A stretch of DNA of 64,000 nt from assembly GCA_023390175.1 (NCBI GenBank), contig JAEWDK010000008.1:263827-327826 (forward strand), written 5' to 3'. Below, in pieces: positions 9,593 through 18,181 of the stretch (position 1 is the first letter of the stretch; each line of letters starts with the position of its first letter). The position numbers and the translations under genes were made by a program. Origin of the DNA: Bacillota bacterium (GTDB lineage Bacteria; Bacillota; Clostridia; Oscillospirales; Acutalibacteraceae). The notes below the pieces were generated by a model. The model had not been told where the DNA came from. It searched no databases and saw only the letters and a list, made by a program, of their open reading frames with translations.

Positions 9593-10862
9593 CCGCGTCC
9601 ACTCCCTTCAAGCAATCATCATCAATATAGTACGCTTTGAACAACGTTCCGGTATTTGTTAAGAACATACCTTGATCGTTTGGAGAAATCTTGTCTGCAC
9701 CGTCAGGGTTATCCAAGATAATTTGAGACAACACCTTGTCCGCACGACCACACACCCTATACCCAATATTATTTTTTATTTGCCCTTTGAGTATTTCGAC
9801 AGACGGTCTCTGGGTAGCAAGAGCAAGATGAATTCCAAAGGCCCTACCTAGCCTTGCAATAGTTGACAATTTGCTCTCTATCTGTTCGACTAAAGCTTTT
9901 TCATCCTTTTTCAGTCCGGTCTTATCAAGCACTTCTGCAATTTCATCACACGCGACAATAATCCTTGGCAAAACAACTCCAGTCTTTTCGTTATATTCTC
10001 CTATATTCGGCGTTTCAGCTTCAATGAGAAGTTTTCTTCGTTCTTCCATAGTTACAAGAATCTTATCAAGCTGATTTTCAAACTGCTTCGCATCTGTAAT
10101 TATTGAACATCTCTTGTGCCAAAGTTGCGGATAATCAACGCCACCCTTGAAGTCTGCAAGATATATCTTTGCGCCCTTCTTAACACTCTCCATCAGAATC
10201 AGTTTCAACAGGAGGCTCTTCCCGGAACCAGGGCCTCCGCCGATCAAAAGATGCGGAGTGACAGCGATATCAATGCTCTCCGTCCCGAAGTAGCTCTCAC
10301 CAAGCACAAGCTCAAAGTCTTTGCTGCTCAGATATTTATCATCCCATCGAATTACATCCTGCTTGTCATTTACCGCTGATATAGCTTTGATGACCACATG
10401 GCGCATATCTTGACCATAATTAATTGATACAATCTTAACATTTAGCGCTGTTTCAATTTCTTCGCTATGCTCTTTATATTCTGATAATGGAAGTCCATCA
10501 GAAAAGAAAACCATAGTAAACCCGTTGTTATCACTCCTTTTGGATAGCAGCATCGGTGCAGCTCCAAGCTTGTCTACAAAACCTATCTTCAGAAGCTGCT
10601 TTTCATACTTCTTTGCTTCATGCGGATAGCCTATCAGCGCGAGTATGCCAAATGTGCCGATTACCATTATTTCCGCCATAAAGATTAAGAGAATATAGCT
10701 GAATAGTGCCGATGATAAGGGGTACTTCAAAGTATGTAGCACACTTTTTCCCCAACAGGTTACTTCACCCATAATTACCAAGTATAGGGTTGGAATAAGG
10801 AATAGCATTTTCTTTTCACGCATCCGCTGTATTCCGACTTTCATCCGCTCACGATTTTTCAA
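9570..10862 (-). CDS. FtsK/SpoIIIE-family DNA translocase (Tn916 Orf21/TcpA-like coupling protein)
   Basis: N-terminal TM helices, Walker A GGGPGSGKS, Walker B RIIVACDE. Confidence 0.85.
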   Translation of the reverse strand: MKNRERMKVGIQRMREKKMLFLIPTLYLVIMGEVTCWGKSVLHTLKYPLSSALFSYILLIFMAEIMVIGTFGILALIGYPHEAKKYEKQLLKIGFVDKLGAAPMLLSKRSDNNGFTMVFFSDGLPLSEYKEHSEEIETALNVKIVSINYGQDMRHVVIKAISAVNDKQDVIRWDDKYLSSKDFELVLGESYFGTESIDIAVTPHLLIGGGPGSGKSLLLKLILMESVKKGAKIYLADFKGGVDYPQLWHKRCSIITDAKQFENQLDKILVTMEERRKLLIEAETPNIGEYNEKTGVVLPRIIVACDEIAEVLDKTGLKKDEKALVEQIESKLSTIARLGRAFGIHLALATQRPSVEILKGQIKNNIGYRVCGRADKVLSQIILDNPDGADKISPNDQGMFLTNTGTLFKAYYIDDDCLKGVDADDREAAT

Positions 10863-10866
10863 TTAA

Positions 10867-11826
10867 TCACCGCCCTTTTTTATTGTCTGATCGCCAAGAA
10901 GCATTGATATGCTTCTTAAAAGTTTGTTTAACATATTTGCTTTTGAAATCACGCTCAATATCAGTTATTTCAACTGCATACTCATTTACCTTGGAAAATC
11001 CCCCATCTGATAGTATTTCTGTTGCTTCGCCATAGGAGATCTTGGTTACCTCAGGCTTTTTTATGCCTCTCGAATACCGGTATATTCTGATTCCGACAGG
11101 TAAAAGCTTGAGTCGAGCACCTTTGATGATCCGTTTGCTTTTACCATTGGTTTGAACTTCCTTTATGCTGCCGCCGACAGCTTCAGTTGGTAAAGCATCA
11201 TCATTTTCAACCGGTAGGTTTTTCAAATAGCAAACAAGATACTTGCCTATATCGTCAATGTTCTTATCCATTGCTATTATTGAGACAAAACCGAAGCCCC
11301 ACATTTCAGCAAGCACAGCATTTTCGATAAACGGAGCTTTTTCTGAAAAAATGAATATACCGTGAAGATGAAAAGCGCCTCTCGCCTGAGCTTCTATCGT
11401 AATGATGTATTCATAATGCCGGCTGAGCTTTTCCATGTACCTTTTGAACCGCTTATTAAAGTTCCTGAAATCTTTATAAAGCCGTTCTGCGTCCTGCATG
11501 TTTTCCCGATATGTAAAAGTCATAAATCGACAACATTCTGCATTTTCTGGTGAAACATTGGCGTTTATTAAATCTGCCAAACTTCGCATGGTTTTTTCAA
11601 GATTCCGGGTGTTCCCAGTCCGATTTATTGCATGATGTTCAACCTGTCTCAATTCTCCTGTAGAGACTAGCACATATTCATCTTTTGAAACTGGAACGAT
11701 AGTTGCCCCGCCGTTCTGCCTATCAGATATAGAAATTTCACTGATATTGCCCATAGATTTCATCGAAACCATTCTCCGAGGGTCGATGTACTCAGGCACA
11801 TCGACCCTATTCTTAATTATGCTCAT
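10867..11826 (-). CDS. HUH-superfamily rolling-circle replication initiator / relaxase-like protein
   Basis: Motif 1 FMTFTY, motif 2 HLHGIFIF (HUH), motif 3 GKYLVCYLKN (Tyr pair). Confidence 0.7.
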   Translation of the reverse strand: MSIIKNRVDVPEYIDPRRMVSMKSMGNISEISISDRQNGGATIVPVSKDEYVLVSTGELRQVEHHAINRTGNTRNLEKTMRSLADLINANVSPENAECCRFMTFTYRENMQDAERLYKDFRNFNKRFKRYMEKLSRHYEYIITIEAQARGAFHLHGIFIFSEKAPFIENAVLAEMWGFGFVSIIAMDKNIDDIGKYLVCYLKNLPVENDDALPTEAVGGSIKEVQTNGKSKRIIKGARLKLLPVGIRIYRYSRGIKKPEVTKISYGEATEILSDGGFSKVNEYAVEITDIERDFKSKYVKQTFKKHINASWRSDNKKGR

Positions 11827-11865
11827 GGAATAATATCACCTGTTAATCAAGTTAAAAGGCTCAGA

Positions 11866-11889
11866 CAGCGCCCGTGTAGGCGGGCGCTG
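11866..11889 (-). other. GC-rich 9-bp-stem hairpin between the 114-aa gene and rep. Candidate nick site/origin (dso or oriT), or a terminator.
   Basis: CAGCGCCCG tgtagg CGGGCGCTG. It is the only strongly GC-rich stretch in this AT-rich element and lies 40 nt upstream of the rep ATG. Confidence 0.35.
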
Positions 11890-11899
11890 CCCTACGCTC

Positions 11900-12244
11900 T
11901 TAACCCTTGTTTACGATGAGAATATCATCAGCCGTACAGGAAAGCTGATTTCTGTAATCTCCGTAAACGCTTGCGACAACACCCTTCGGCTGAATCTGCG
12001 TATTTACCGGAACATCCATATCCTTACGCACCTTAAAGGTCAGTTTCTCATACAGATTAGTGACTGTTTCTCCGTCATGAGTATCGTATTCCGTTTCATC
12101 ACGGGCAATAACTGCCTCAATCTTAGTGCCTAGATGTTCACCAGTGTCGAAGTTCTTCCACTCCGATTTTCCAGTAGCAAGAAACGCCTTACCTTTTGCG
12201 AATGCATTCCAATCGAATGTAGTAAACTGGTTTAGCTTTTTCAT
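11900..12244 (-). CDS. hypothetical 114-aa protein. It occupies the position of the small DUF961-type genes of Tn916-like elements (tentative).
   Basis: ORF with AAAGGA RBS and element-like composition. No motif recognised with certainty. Confidence 0.5.
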   Translation of the reverse strand: MKKLNQFTTFDWNAFAKGKAFLATGKSEWKNFDTGEHLGTKIEAVIARDETEYDTHDGETVTNLYEKLTFKVRKDMDVPVNTQIQPKGVVASVYGDYRNQLSCTADDILIVNKG

Positions 12245-12411
12245 GATAAAAATCCTTTCTGAATTGAAATTTGTTGATTAGGTTGATGCATCACTTATCG
12301 TGCATAAGAATAGCACTATACAATTTTTTCTCCCATACACGCCAAGTACGAAATACGAGATATATTGAGCTCTTTTTCTTCGCCTTTTTTCTTTTTTCGT
12401 CACCATATAAA

Positions 12412-12442
12412 ACAAAAAAGCCGTACTTGTTAAGTACGACTT
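12412..12442 (-). terminator. rho-independent terminator after the 157-aa gene
   Basis: On the minus strand: AAGTCGTACTT aac AAGTACGGCTT followed by TTTTTTGTTTT. Confidence 0.7.
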
Positions 12443-12458
12443 TTCCCTAAATTAATAT

Positions 12459-12932
12459 TTATTTTTTCTGCGGAGCTCTAGCGTATGAACCGAGCCAATG
12501 TGTTTCTTCTACACCAAGCCGTTCAAGAATTTCGTTGCACTCGTCCACAGACTTGCCACGGCACTGTGTTAAAAGGAAGATGTAGGCGTAATCTCTTTTA
12601 CTTTGATAAGAAAATCCAACGCCCAAGCTATCAAACAGCCTTTCTGCCAAAGGATAGTCTATTTTATATCCGACACAAACGGACATTAGCGTATTACGCT
12701 TCGGAGGGTCCTTTTTGCTGATATAATTCCTCATCCGAGAAAACATATTTGGGCTAAGACCAGTCTTGTTGGAAAAGGTTCCTTCTGTTTCGCCACCGAG
12801 GATTTCATTGATAAGTTCTGAAAAAGACTGCACATTATCGTTATATCTTTTGTAATCCTTTTGAAACTGAACCTCAATCTTTTCCCATTCATCTGATGTA
12901 TAACAGCTTGGGACATTGATTCTGTCTGCCAT
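12459..12932 (-). CDS. putative XRE-like HTH regulator of the element (tentative)
   Basis: Central segment FSNKTGLSPNMFSRMRNYISKKDPPKRNTLMSVCVGYKIDYPLAERLFDSLG resembles an HTH_3-type fold. 157 aa. Confidence 0.4.
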   Translation of the reverse strand: MADRINVPSCYTSDEWEKIEVQFQKDYKRYNDNVQSFSELINEILGGETEGTFSNKTGLSPNMFSRMRNYISKKDPPKRNTLMSVCVGYKIDYPLAERLFDSLGVGFSYQSKRDYAYIFLLTQCRGKSVDECNEILERLGVEETHWLGSYARAPQKK

Positions 12933-13049
12933 AATTATTACTCTTTCTCTTTATATAATGCCACTATACTAAAAATCACTCGGTTTTTTAATACTCAGAA
13001 CTTTATTATGCTATCAATCGTCAATAAATATGATGACGAATATAATAAC

Positions 13050-13652
13050 TTAACATTTCCCCCCCATATCTCGTAGTAAATCTATTCTGTTTTGTGCCTT
13101 AGCTTCAATGTTCTCCATATATTGGCTCATATACTGCCAATCCGGTATATATCCATAATCTGAGTATTTCTTTGTATCATCAATATAAATTGAACCATCA
13201 TCGCTATGTAAAACGGGGAGTTTTATTAGCAAATTGTTTAAATTGTCACCGGTTAATGCATCGCTATAGTCAAATTTCTTTGCAGATATTTTTATTATGG
13301 TGCATATAAACAATCCACTATATTTTGAAAGATTTTGATTGTATAGCATTGAAATCGCAGACCCTGCTCCACCTCTGCCTAAAAAATCATCTTCTTGATA
13401 GAAGGATGAACCATCTAATGGACTAACAGTTATACAATTCCCTTTTTCTAATTTTTCATCTTCTTTTGGTTCAAGAAATGATATTATTCCATTATTGATA
13501 CTTCCGGAAGACACATACGGAATCTCACCCTCATTATAAGTTTTTATGCTTCTTGCTGCAGGTGATTTGATAACAAACAACCGTGACAAAATAAAATCCT
13601 GCCAATCATTTATGTCTAACTTAATCAAAATTTTCACCCCTTTCAACATCAA
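13050..13652 (-). CDS. half-size restriction-modification specificity (S) subunit with a single target-recognition domain
   Basis: 200 aa. Pattern W..F.L..LF.I...(TRD)...IKLPV...IPDWQYMSQYMENIEAKAQNRIDLL is typical of one TRD plus one conserved helix of HsdS/BcgIB-type proteins. The true start may be an internal GTG/TTG at the upstream stop codon. Confidence 0.6.
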   Translation of the reverse strand: MMLKGVKILIKLDINDWQDFILSRLFVIKSPAARSIKTYNEGEIPYVSSGSINNGIISFLEPKEDEKLEKGNCITVSPLDGSSFYQEDDFLGRGGAGSAISMLYNQNLSKYSGLFICTIIKISAKKFDYSDALTGDNLNNLLIKLPVLHSDDGSIYIDDTKKYSDYGYIPDWQYMSQYMENIEAKAQNRIDLLRDMGGKC

Positions 13653-15462
13653 TAGTGATACTATTTAGCGCTTCATCCGTAGATATATCACTGAAATAAA
13701 TAATTTTATTAGCAATTATTTCTTTCAAAACTTTTACATCTATTTCTTCCTTATACATTAAATAATCTACCATTACTTTTATAAAATCTTCTTCACAAGC
13801 TATAAATGGTTCTTCATCCTTTTGATAACTCAAGCATTTTTCAGGTTGAATCCATTTTATGCTATCATCACCACACTGCTTTTTAATAATGTCAATCCAT
13901 TTATCTTCTATATTTTTCCATTTGTGTCTAACATCTTGTCTCCCTTGATTTTTTACCCTTTCAAGCCCATCCTCTTTAATGTAACAAGTAAAAATTTCTT
14001 CATGATTTTGAGGAATTCCACTTTCAAATATAAATATTGATGTTGTTGTCCCTTCATCAAAGGTCTTCTCTGGCAACTTAATAATCTTCAATAGTCTATG
14101 ATTATCTAAAATATCTTTTACCGCTTTATTTGAAGTTTTTTCCAGCTTTTTATCTGGGAGTAAAAAGGCAGCTATCTTGTGGGGTTCAATATTATTTAAC
14201 ACATTTTTTATTATTATTTCTGGGTGGCATTTTCTTTCATAAGGGGGATTCATTAGTACTTTTGTAATCTTTTTGCTTTTTATCCAGTCGCAAGCTTCTT
14301 GTGAAGTTGAATCCATTTGTTCTAAATTAGTCTTCCCATCTTTATGTATAAGCATATTTGCACAAGCAAGAGAAAAAATTCTTTTATCAAGTTCTATTCC
14401 ATATAACTGACTGGACATTATTTCTTCTGCCTTTTTTGTATTTATTCCTCCAGCCTTTTTTATCATATTAGACATCGATTTTGTTAAAAAAGCACCGCTA
14501 CCACATGCAGCGTCTAAGATTCTGTCATCCATATTTACATTTATAAGCCTGTACATAAAAGATGTAACATGGTCAGGTGTAAACACCTGTCCATTTTCAG
14601 ATTTTCCTTTATATCTGTTAAACTCATTGAAAAAGATGCCCATCACATCTTCTCCGTTCCAATTCTTGGAATTTATTAATTCGGATATTATTTCAACATT
14701 TTCTATAAAATCATCAATAGCTTTTTGATTATTAGTAATATTCATTTGAACTTTTGAATAAGTATCAAGCAATATTTCCAGCTTTTCGTTTTGTTTCTTT
14801 GCATTTTCAAGCGACTTAGAAAGTGTATCCAATATAGTGAAATGAAATAGAGAAAATGTCATTCCTTTTGCCAACGGCGCTCCATATCTTTTTGCTACCA
14901 AAGCACACGCAGTAAAAACCATTCTATCGTAATAATCATTTACACCAAATTTGAAATGCAAAATATTATTTATCTTCATTGTTGTAAGATAAATCTGTTG
15001 TGTGTCAATCTCAAAATCTTCAAACAGTTCTTTATAGAACTGTTTCGGTTGCAAAACTTTAGTAACACTCACATTTTCTTCTTCATTTAAAAATACCTTT
15101 GTTTCTTTTCCATTATAAAGAATACCAACTATTTTGGAATACTTAGCACTAGCTATTTTGACATTGTCTTGTAATTCTTTAACAAAAGCTGGACTATTTA
15201 TATCTTTGTCAGAAGATTTGCTTTCTAAAATAATAGCTACTTCCGTACAATTATCTGGAAGATACCAGCCATCTGGCTTATGATTACTACCTTTCCCACT
15301 AAACCCCAATTTTTTAAATGTTGTTAACTGTCCTGTTCCTTGCTGAACATTACTCTCAGCTTTGTCAAATTCTAAAAATTGTTTTGCTCCTTTGTGGAAA
15401 CCATCTTTATCTGTATATCCATCTCTTACTTCATCTTCAGTTAAGCATCTCACCAATGACAT
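13621..15462 (-). CDS. fused nuclease-like / N6-adenine DNA methyltransferase (BcgI-A-like type IIB/IIG RM protein)
   Basis: N-terminal PD...ExK pattern (HKPDGWYLPDNCTEVAIILESKSS). MTase motif I ILDAACGSGAFL and motif IV LMNPPYE. 613 aa. Confidence 0.7.
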   Translation of the reverse strand: MSLVRCLTEDEVRDGYTDKDGFHKGAKQFLEFDKAESNVQQGTGQLTTFKKLGFSGKGSNHKPDGWYLPDNCTEVAIILESKSSDKDINSPAFVKELQDNVKIASAKYSKIVGILYNGKETKVFLNEEENVSVTKVLQPKQFYKELFEDFEIDTQQIYLTTMKINNILHFKFGVNDYYDRMVFTACALVAKRYGAPLAKGMTFSLFHFTILDTLSKSLENAKKQNEKLEILLDTYSKVQMNITNNQKAIDDFIENVEIISELINSKNWNGEDVMGIFFNEFNRYKGKSENGQVFTPDHVTSFMYRLINVNMDDRILDAACGSGAFLTKSMSNMIKKAGGINTKKAEEIMSSQLYGIELDKRIFSLACANMLIHKDGKTNLEQMDSTSQEACDWIKSKKITKVLMNPPYERKCHPEIIIKNVLNNIEPHKIAAFLLPDKKLEKTSNKAVKDILDNHRLLKIIKLPEKTFDEGTTTSIFIFESGIPQNHEEIFTCYIKEDGLERVKNQGRQDVRHKWKNIEDKWIDIIKKQCGDDSIKWIQPEKCLSYQKDEEPFIACEEDFIKVMVDYLMYKEEIDVKVLKEIIANKIIYFSDISTDEALNSITIDVERGENFD

Positions 15463-15713
15463 TTATTTTTCCTCTCAATCAATTATAAATTTTTGATGAT
15501 AAAATTATTTATACCTATCCTCGACAAAGCAAATATAAAGTCTCTCAAATTTTTCTGGTGCTGTTATGTATAGGAATAACAGGTAAAAATGCAGCAGTAA
15601 AAGCCTTTAAATAACTGCATTTATGATTTCAATATTAATTGTCAGATATTCATTACCGACAGCAGTAATCATTTCCACTCGTTTCATTGCTAACACTCTG
15701 TCATTCTTCCAAA

Positions 15714-15746
15714 TAGTATAAAACCGGCAGGTTTCCCCACCGGTTT
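15714..15746 (-). terminator. hairpin plus T-run downstream of lysS (probable lysS terminator)
   Basis: On the minus strand: AAACCGG tggggaaacctg CCGGTTT followed by TATACTATTT. About 95 nt after the lysS stop. Confidence 0.5.
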
Positions 15747-15758
15747 AACATCAGCTTT

Positions 15759-15795
15759 CCATCATCTCATAAAAATCGGTCGTAAACTGGTGGTA
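15759..15795. repeat. right att-like repeat blocks (CCATCATCTCATA ...6 nt... GGTCGTAAACTGGTGGTA)
   Basis: Direct-repeat partner of 7994-8060. Lies 47 nt downstream of the lysS stop codon. Confidence 0.45.
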
Positions 15796-15841
15796 GTCAT
15801 GTAAAGTTGGCTCCCTGAAAGACTTGCTTTTAAGCCATTCT

Positions 15842-17353
15842 TTATTCCTTAGGCTTCATGGTTGGGAACAGCAGCACGTCACGGATGGAGGCGCTGTCGG
15901 TCAGGAGCATGACCAAACGGTCAACACCCATGCCCATTCCGCCTGTCGGCGGCATGCCGTATTCCAGCGCGGTCAGGAAGTCCTCGTCAATCATGTTTGC
16001 TTCCTCATCGCCCGCGGCGCGCAGTTCCATTTGGCGCATAAAGCGCTCACGCTGGTCAATCGGGTCGTTGAGCTCGGAATACGCGTTTGCCAGCTCGCGG
16101 CGCGTAATAAACAGCTCAAAGCGTTCCACCAGCTCCGGGCAGCTCTGCTTGCGCTTGGTAAGCGGGGAAACCTCAACCGGATAATCATAAATAAAGGTCG
16201 GCTGCAAAAGCTGTTCCTCTACCTTTTCTTCAAATGCAAGCGACATAATATCGCCCCACAGGTCAGTCTTTTTCGGCACGATGCCAAGCTCCCCGGCCAC
16301 TTCCTTCGCCTTTTCGGTGTCGCCCTTGAAGGACAGGAAGTCCACGCCCGTGTATTCCTTTATCGCGTCGTTCATGGAAAGGCGCTTAAACGGAACGGCA
16401 AGGCTGATTTCTTCCCCCTGATAGGTAATCTGGTCGGTTCCGCACGCTTTCAGCGCGCAGGCGTTGATCATATTCTCCGTCAGTTCCATCATGCCGTGGT
16501 AATCGGTGTAAGCTTCGTACAGCTCCACAGTGGTAAATTCCGGATTATGCTTTACGTCCATACCCTCGTTGCGGAAAATACGGCCGATTTCATAAACGCG
16601 CTCCATTCCGCCGACAATCAGCCGCTTTAAATGCAGCTCGGTGGCAATGCGCAGGTACATGTCCATGTCCAATGTGTTGTGGTGCGTAATAAACGGCCTT
16701 GCCGCCGCGCCGCCCGCAATGGTGTTCAATACCGGGGTTTCAACCTCAATGTAATCCCTGCTGTCAAGGAAACGGCGCATGGTGCCGATAATTTCGCTGC
16801 GCTTTACGAAGGTATCCTTCACTTCCGGGTTCACAATCAGGTCAATGTAGCGCTGACGGTAGCGCAGGTCGGTGTCCTTCAGGCCGTGGAATTTTTCCGG
16901 CATGGGGAGCAGCGATTTGGAAAGCAGGAAAATTTCTTTTGCATGAACGGAAATTTCCCCTCTGCGGGTTTTGAATACATAGCCCTTTACGCAGATAATG
17001 TCGCCCAGGTCCCAGTAATTCTTTAAATCGCTGTAGCTTTCCTCGCCGACCTGGTCTATTTTAAGGTAAACCTGCATTCTGCCTGTGCGGTCATAAATAT
17101 CCATAAAGCTGGCCTTGCCCATGTCGCGCCAGCTCATTACGCGGCCTGCAATGCACACATCTTTATTTTCAAGCTCTTCAAACCGGTCGCGGATTTCCTG
17201 CATGGATGTGTCGCGCGGGCAAGTGGTAATAAAGAACGGATCCTTACCCGCCTGCTGCAGCGCGCTCAGCTTGTCCCTGCGGATTTTCAGCAGCTCGCTC
17301 AGGTCCTGCTCCGGCTCGGCTGATTCGATGGATTGGTTTGTCTTGTCGCTCAT
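15842..17353 (-). CDS. lysS: lysine--tRNA ligase (class II)
   Basis: OB anticodon-binding domain and class II core ([33 protein letters not shown]). Start moved to ATG 17353 (AGGAGAG RBS). Confidence 0.95.
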   Translation of the reverse strand: MSDKTNQSIESAEPEQDLSELLKIRRDKLSALQQAGKDPFFITTCPRDTSMQEIRDRFEELENKDVCIAGRVMSWRDMGKASFMDIYDRTGRMQVYLKIDQVGEESYSDLKNYWDLGDIICVKGYVFKTRRGEISVHAKEIFLLSKSLLPMPEKFHGLKDTDLRYRQRYIDLIVNPEVKDTFVKRSEIIGTMRRFLDSRDYIEVETPVLNTIAGGAAARPFITHHNTLDMDMYLRIATELHLKRLIVGGMERVYEIGRIFRNEGMDVKHNPEFTTVELYEAYTDYHGMMELTENMINACALKACGTDQITYQGEEISLAVPFKRLSMNDAIKEYTGVDFLSFKGDTEKAKEVAGELGIVPKKTDLWGDIMSLAFEEKVEEQLLQPTFIYDYPVEVSPLTKRKQSCPELVERFELFITRRELANAYSELNDPIDQRERFMRQMELRAAGDEEANMIDEDFLTALEYGMPPTGGMGMGVDRLVMLLTDSASIRDVLLFPTMKPKE

Positions 17354-17432
17354 TTTTAACTCTCCTAAACCTTTATTGTTCATAATCATTGAAAAAGGGG
17401 CAGGGTGAACCCGTCACTCCCGCCCCCGCAAA

Positions 17433-17918
17433 TTATTTGGATATGGCAAGAACCTCATACTCCATGGACCCGGCCGGCACTTCAACACCAATCTTGTCGC
17501 CGATTCCGTGACCCAGAAGGGCCTTCCCTACCAGGGATTCATCCGAAATATTTCCTGTGAGCGGGTCGGCTTCATTGGAACCGACTAATTTATAATTGGC
17601 AACGCTGCTGCTGCCGGTGGCCGGGTTCGTCACCCTGACTTCTATTTTGGAGCCAATGTGAATATTCTCATTGCTCAGTTCATCCTCATCGATTACCTTA
17701 ACATTTTTGAGCATGACCTCAATGTCGGCGATACGCGCCTCAACAATGGCCTGGTCGTTTTTCGCCTCGTCATATTCACTGTTTTCAGACAAATCGCCGA
17801 AGGAAAGAGCCACTTTAATTTTTTCCGCTACTTCTTTCCGTTTTACACTTTTTAATTCCTCAAGCTCGTCTTCAAGCTTGTCAAGACCTTCTTTTGTCAG
17901 GATAACCTGTTTAACCAT
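17433..17918 (-). CDS. greA: transcription elongation factor GreA
   Basis: Full-length GreA-like sequence (LTKEGLDKLEDELEELK...SENSEYDEAK...). Start at ATG 17918 after AAGGTGGGA. Confidence 0.9.
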   Translation of the reverse strand: MVKQVILTKEGLDKLEDELEELKSVKRKEVAEKIKVALSFGDLSENSEYDEAKNDQAIVEARIADIEVMLKNVKVIDEDELSNENIHIGSKIEVRVTNPATGSSSVANYKLVGSNEADPLTGNISDESLVGKALLGHGIGDKIGVEVPAGSMEYEVLAISK

Positions 17919-17978
17919 ATAGAATCCCACCTTCTCAATGCAAATACCTTGCATAATCTATAAAACAATAATAGATAT

Positions 17979-18007
17979 ATTATAGTGAACCATTGGCATT
18001 CTGTCAA
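17979..18007 (-). promoter_or_regulatory. consensus sigma-A promoter for greA-lysS
   Basis: Minus strand reads TTGACA - 17 nt - TATAAT, about 60 nt upstream of the greA ATG. Confidence 0.7.
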
Positions 18008-18121
18008 CACCGACAGGCACAAAGTAAACAGTATTATTTACACGCGACAAAGTTAATCACACGCGTCTGAACGGGACGGTCCATGCCGTTTTTTCCGAAA
18101 AATGCAAACCGTGGCCGGCTG

Positions 18122-18152
18122 AATGAAAACAGGGATATGCAACGCATATCCC
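18122..18152 (-). terminator. rho-independent terminator after the S41 peptidase gene
   Basis: GGGATATGC gtt GCATATCCC followed by TGTTTTCATT on the minus strand. Confidence 0.65.
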
Positions 18153-18181
18153 TAAATTGCAGGTAAGGCAGCAGACTGCGG

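Larger units (their letters stand above)
7994..15795. mobile_element. integrated AT-rich element of ~7.8 kb (IME/small ICE-like): int, xis, FtsK-like translocase, HUH Rep, two small genes and RM-like cargo. Boundaries are approximate.
   Basis: Sharp drop in GC relative to both flanks. Eight co-oriented genes including a Tn916-type Int/Xis pair. Two-block direct repeats at 7994-8060 and 15759-15795. Confidence 0.75.

Noticed and set aside
15824-17026. Plus-strand ORFs of 268 and 131 aa opposite lysS. Similar long antisense ORFs lie opposite lepA (54918..56153), msmX (24180..24998), rsiV (38266..39129), leuC (5604..6542) and the transglutaminase-like gene (52127..53143).
   Set aside because: Each is fully nested antisense to a gene with unambiguous conserved motifs, lacks an RBS, and shows the His/Arg/Val-rich composition typical of shadow ORFs in GC-rich DNA.
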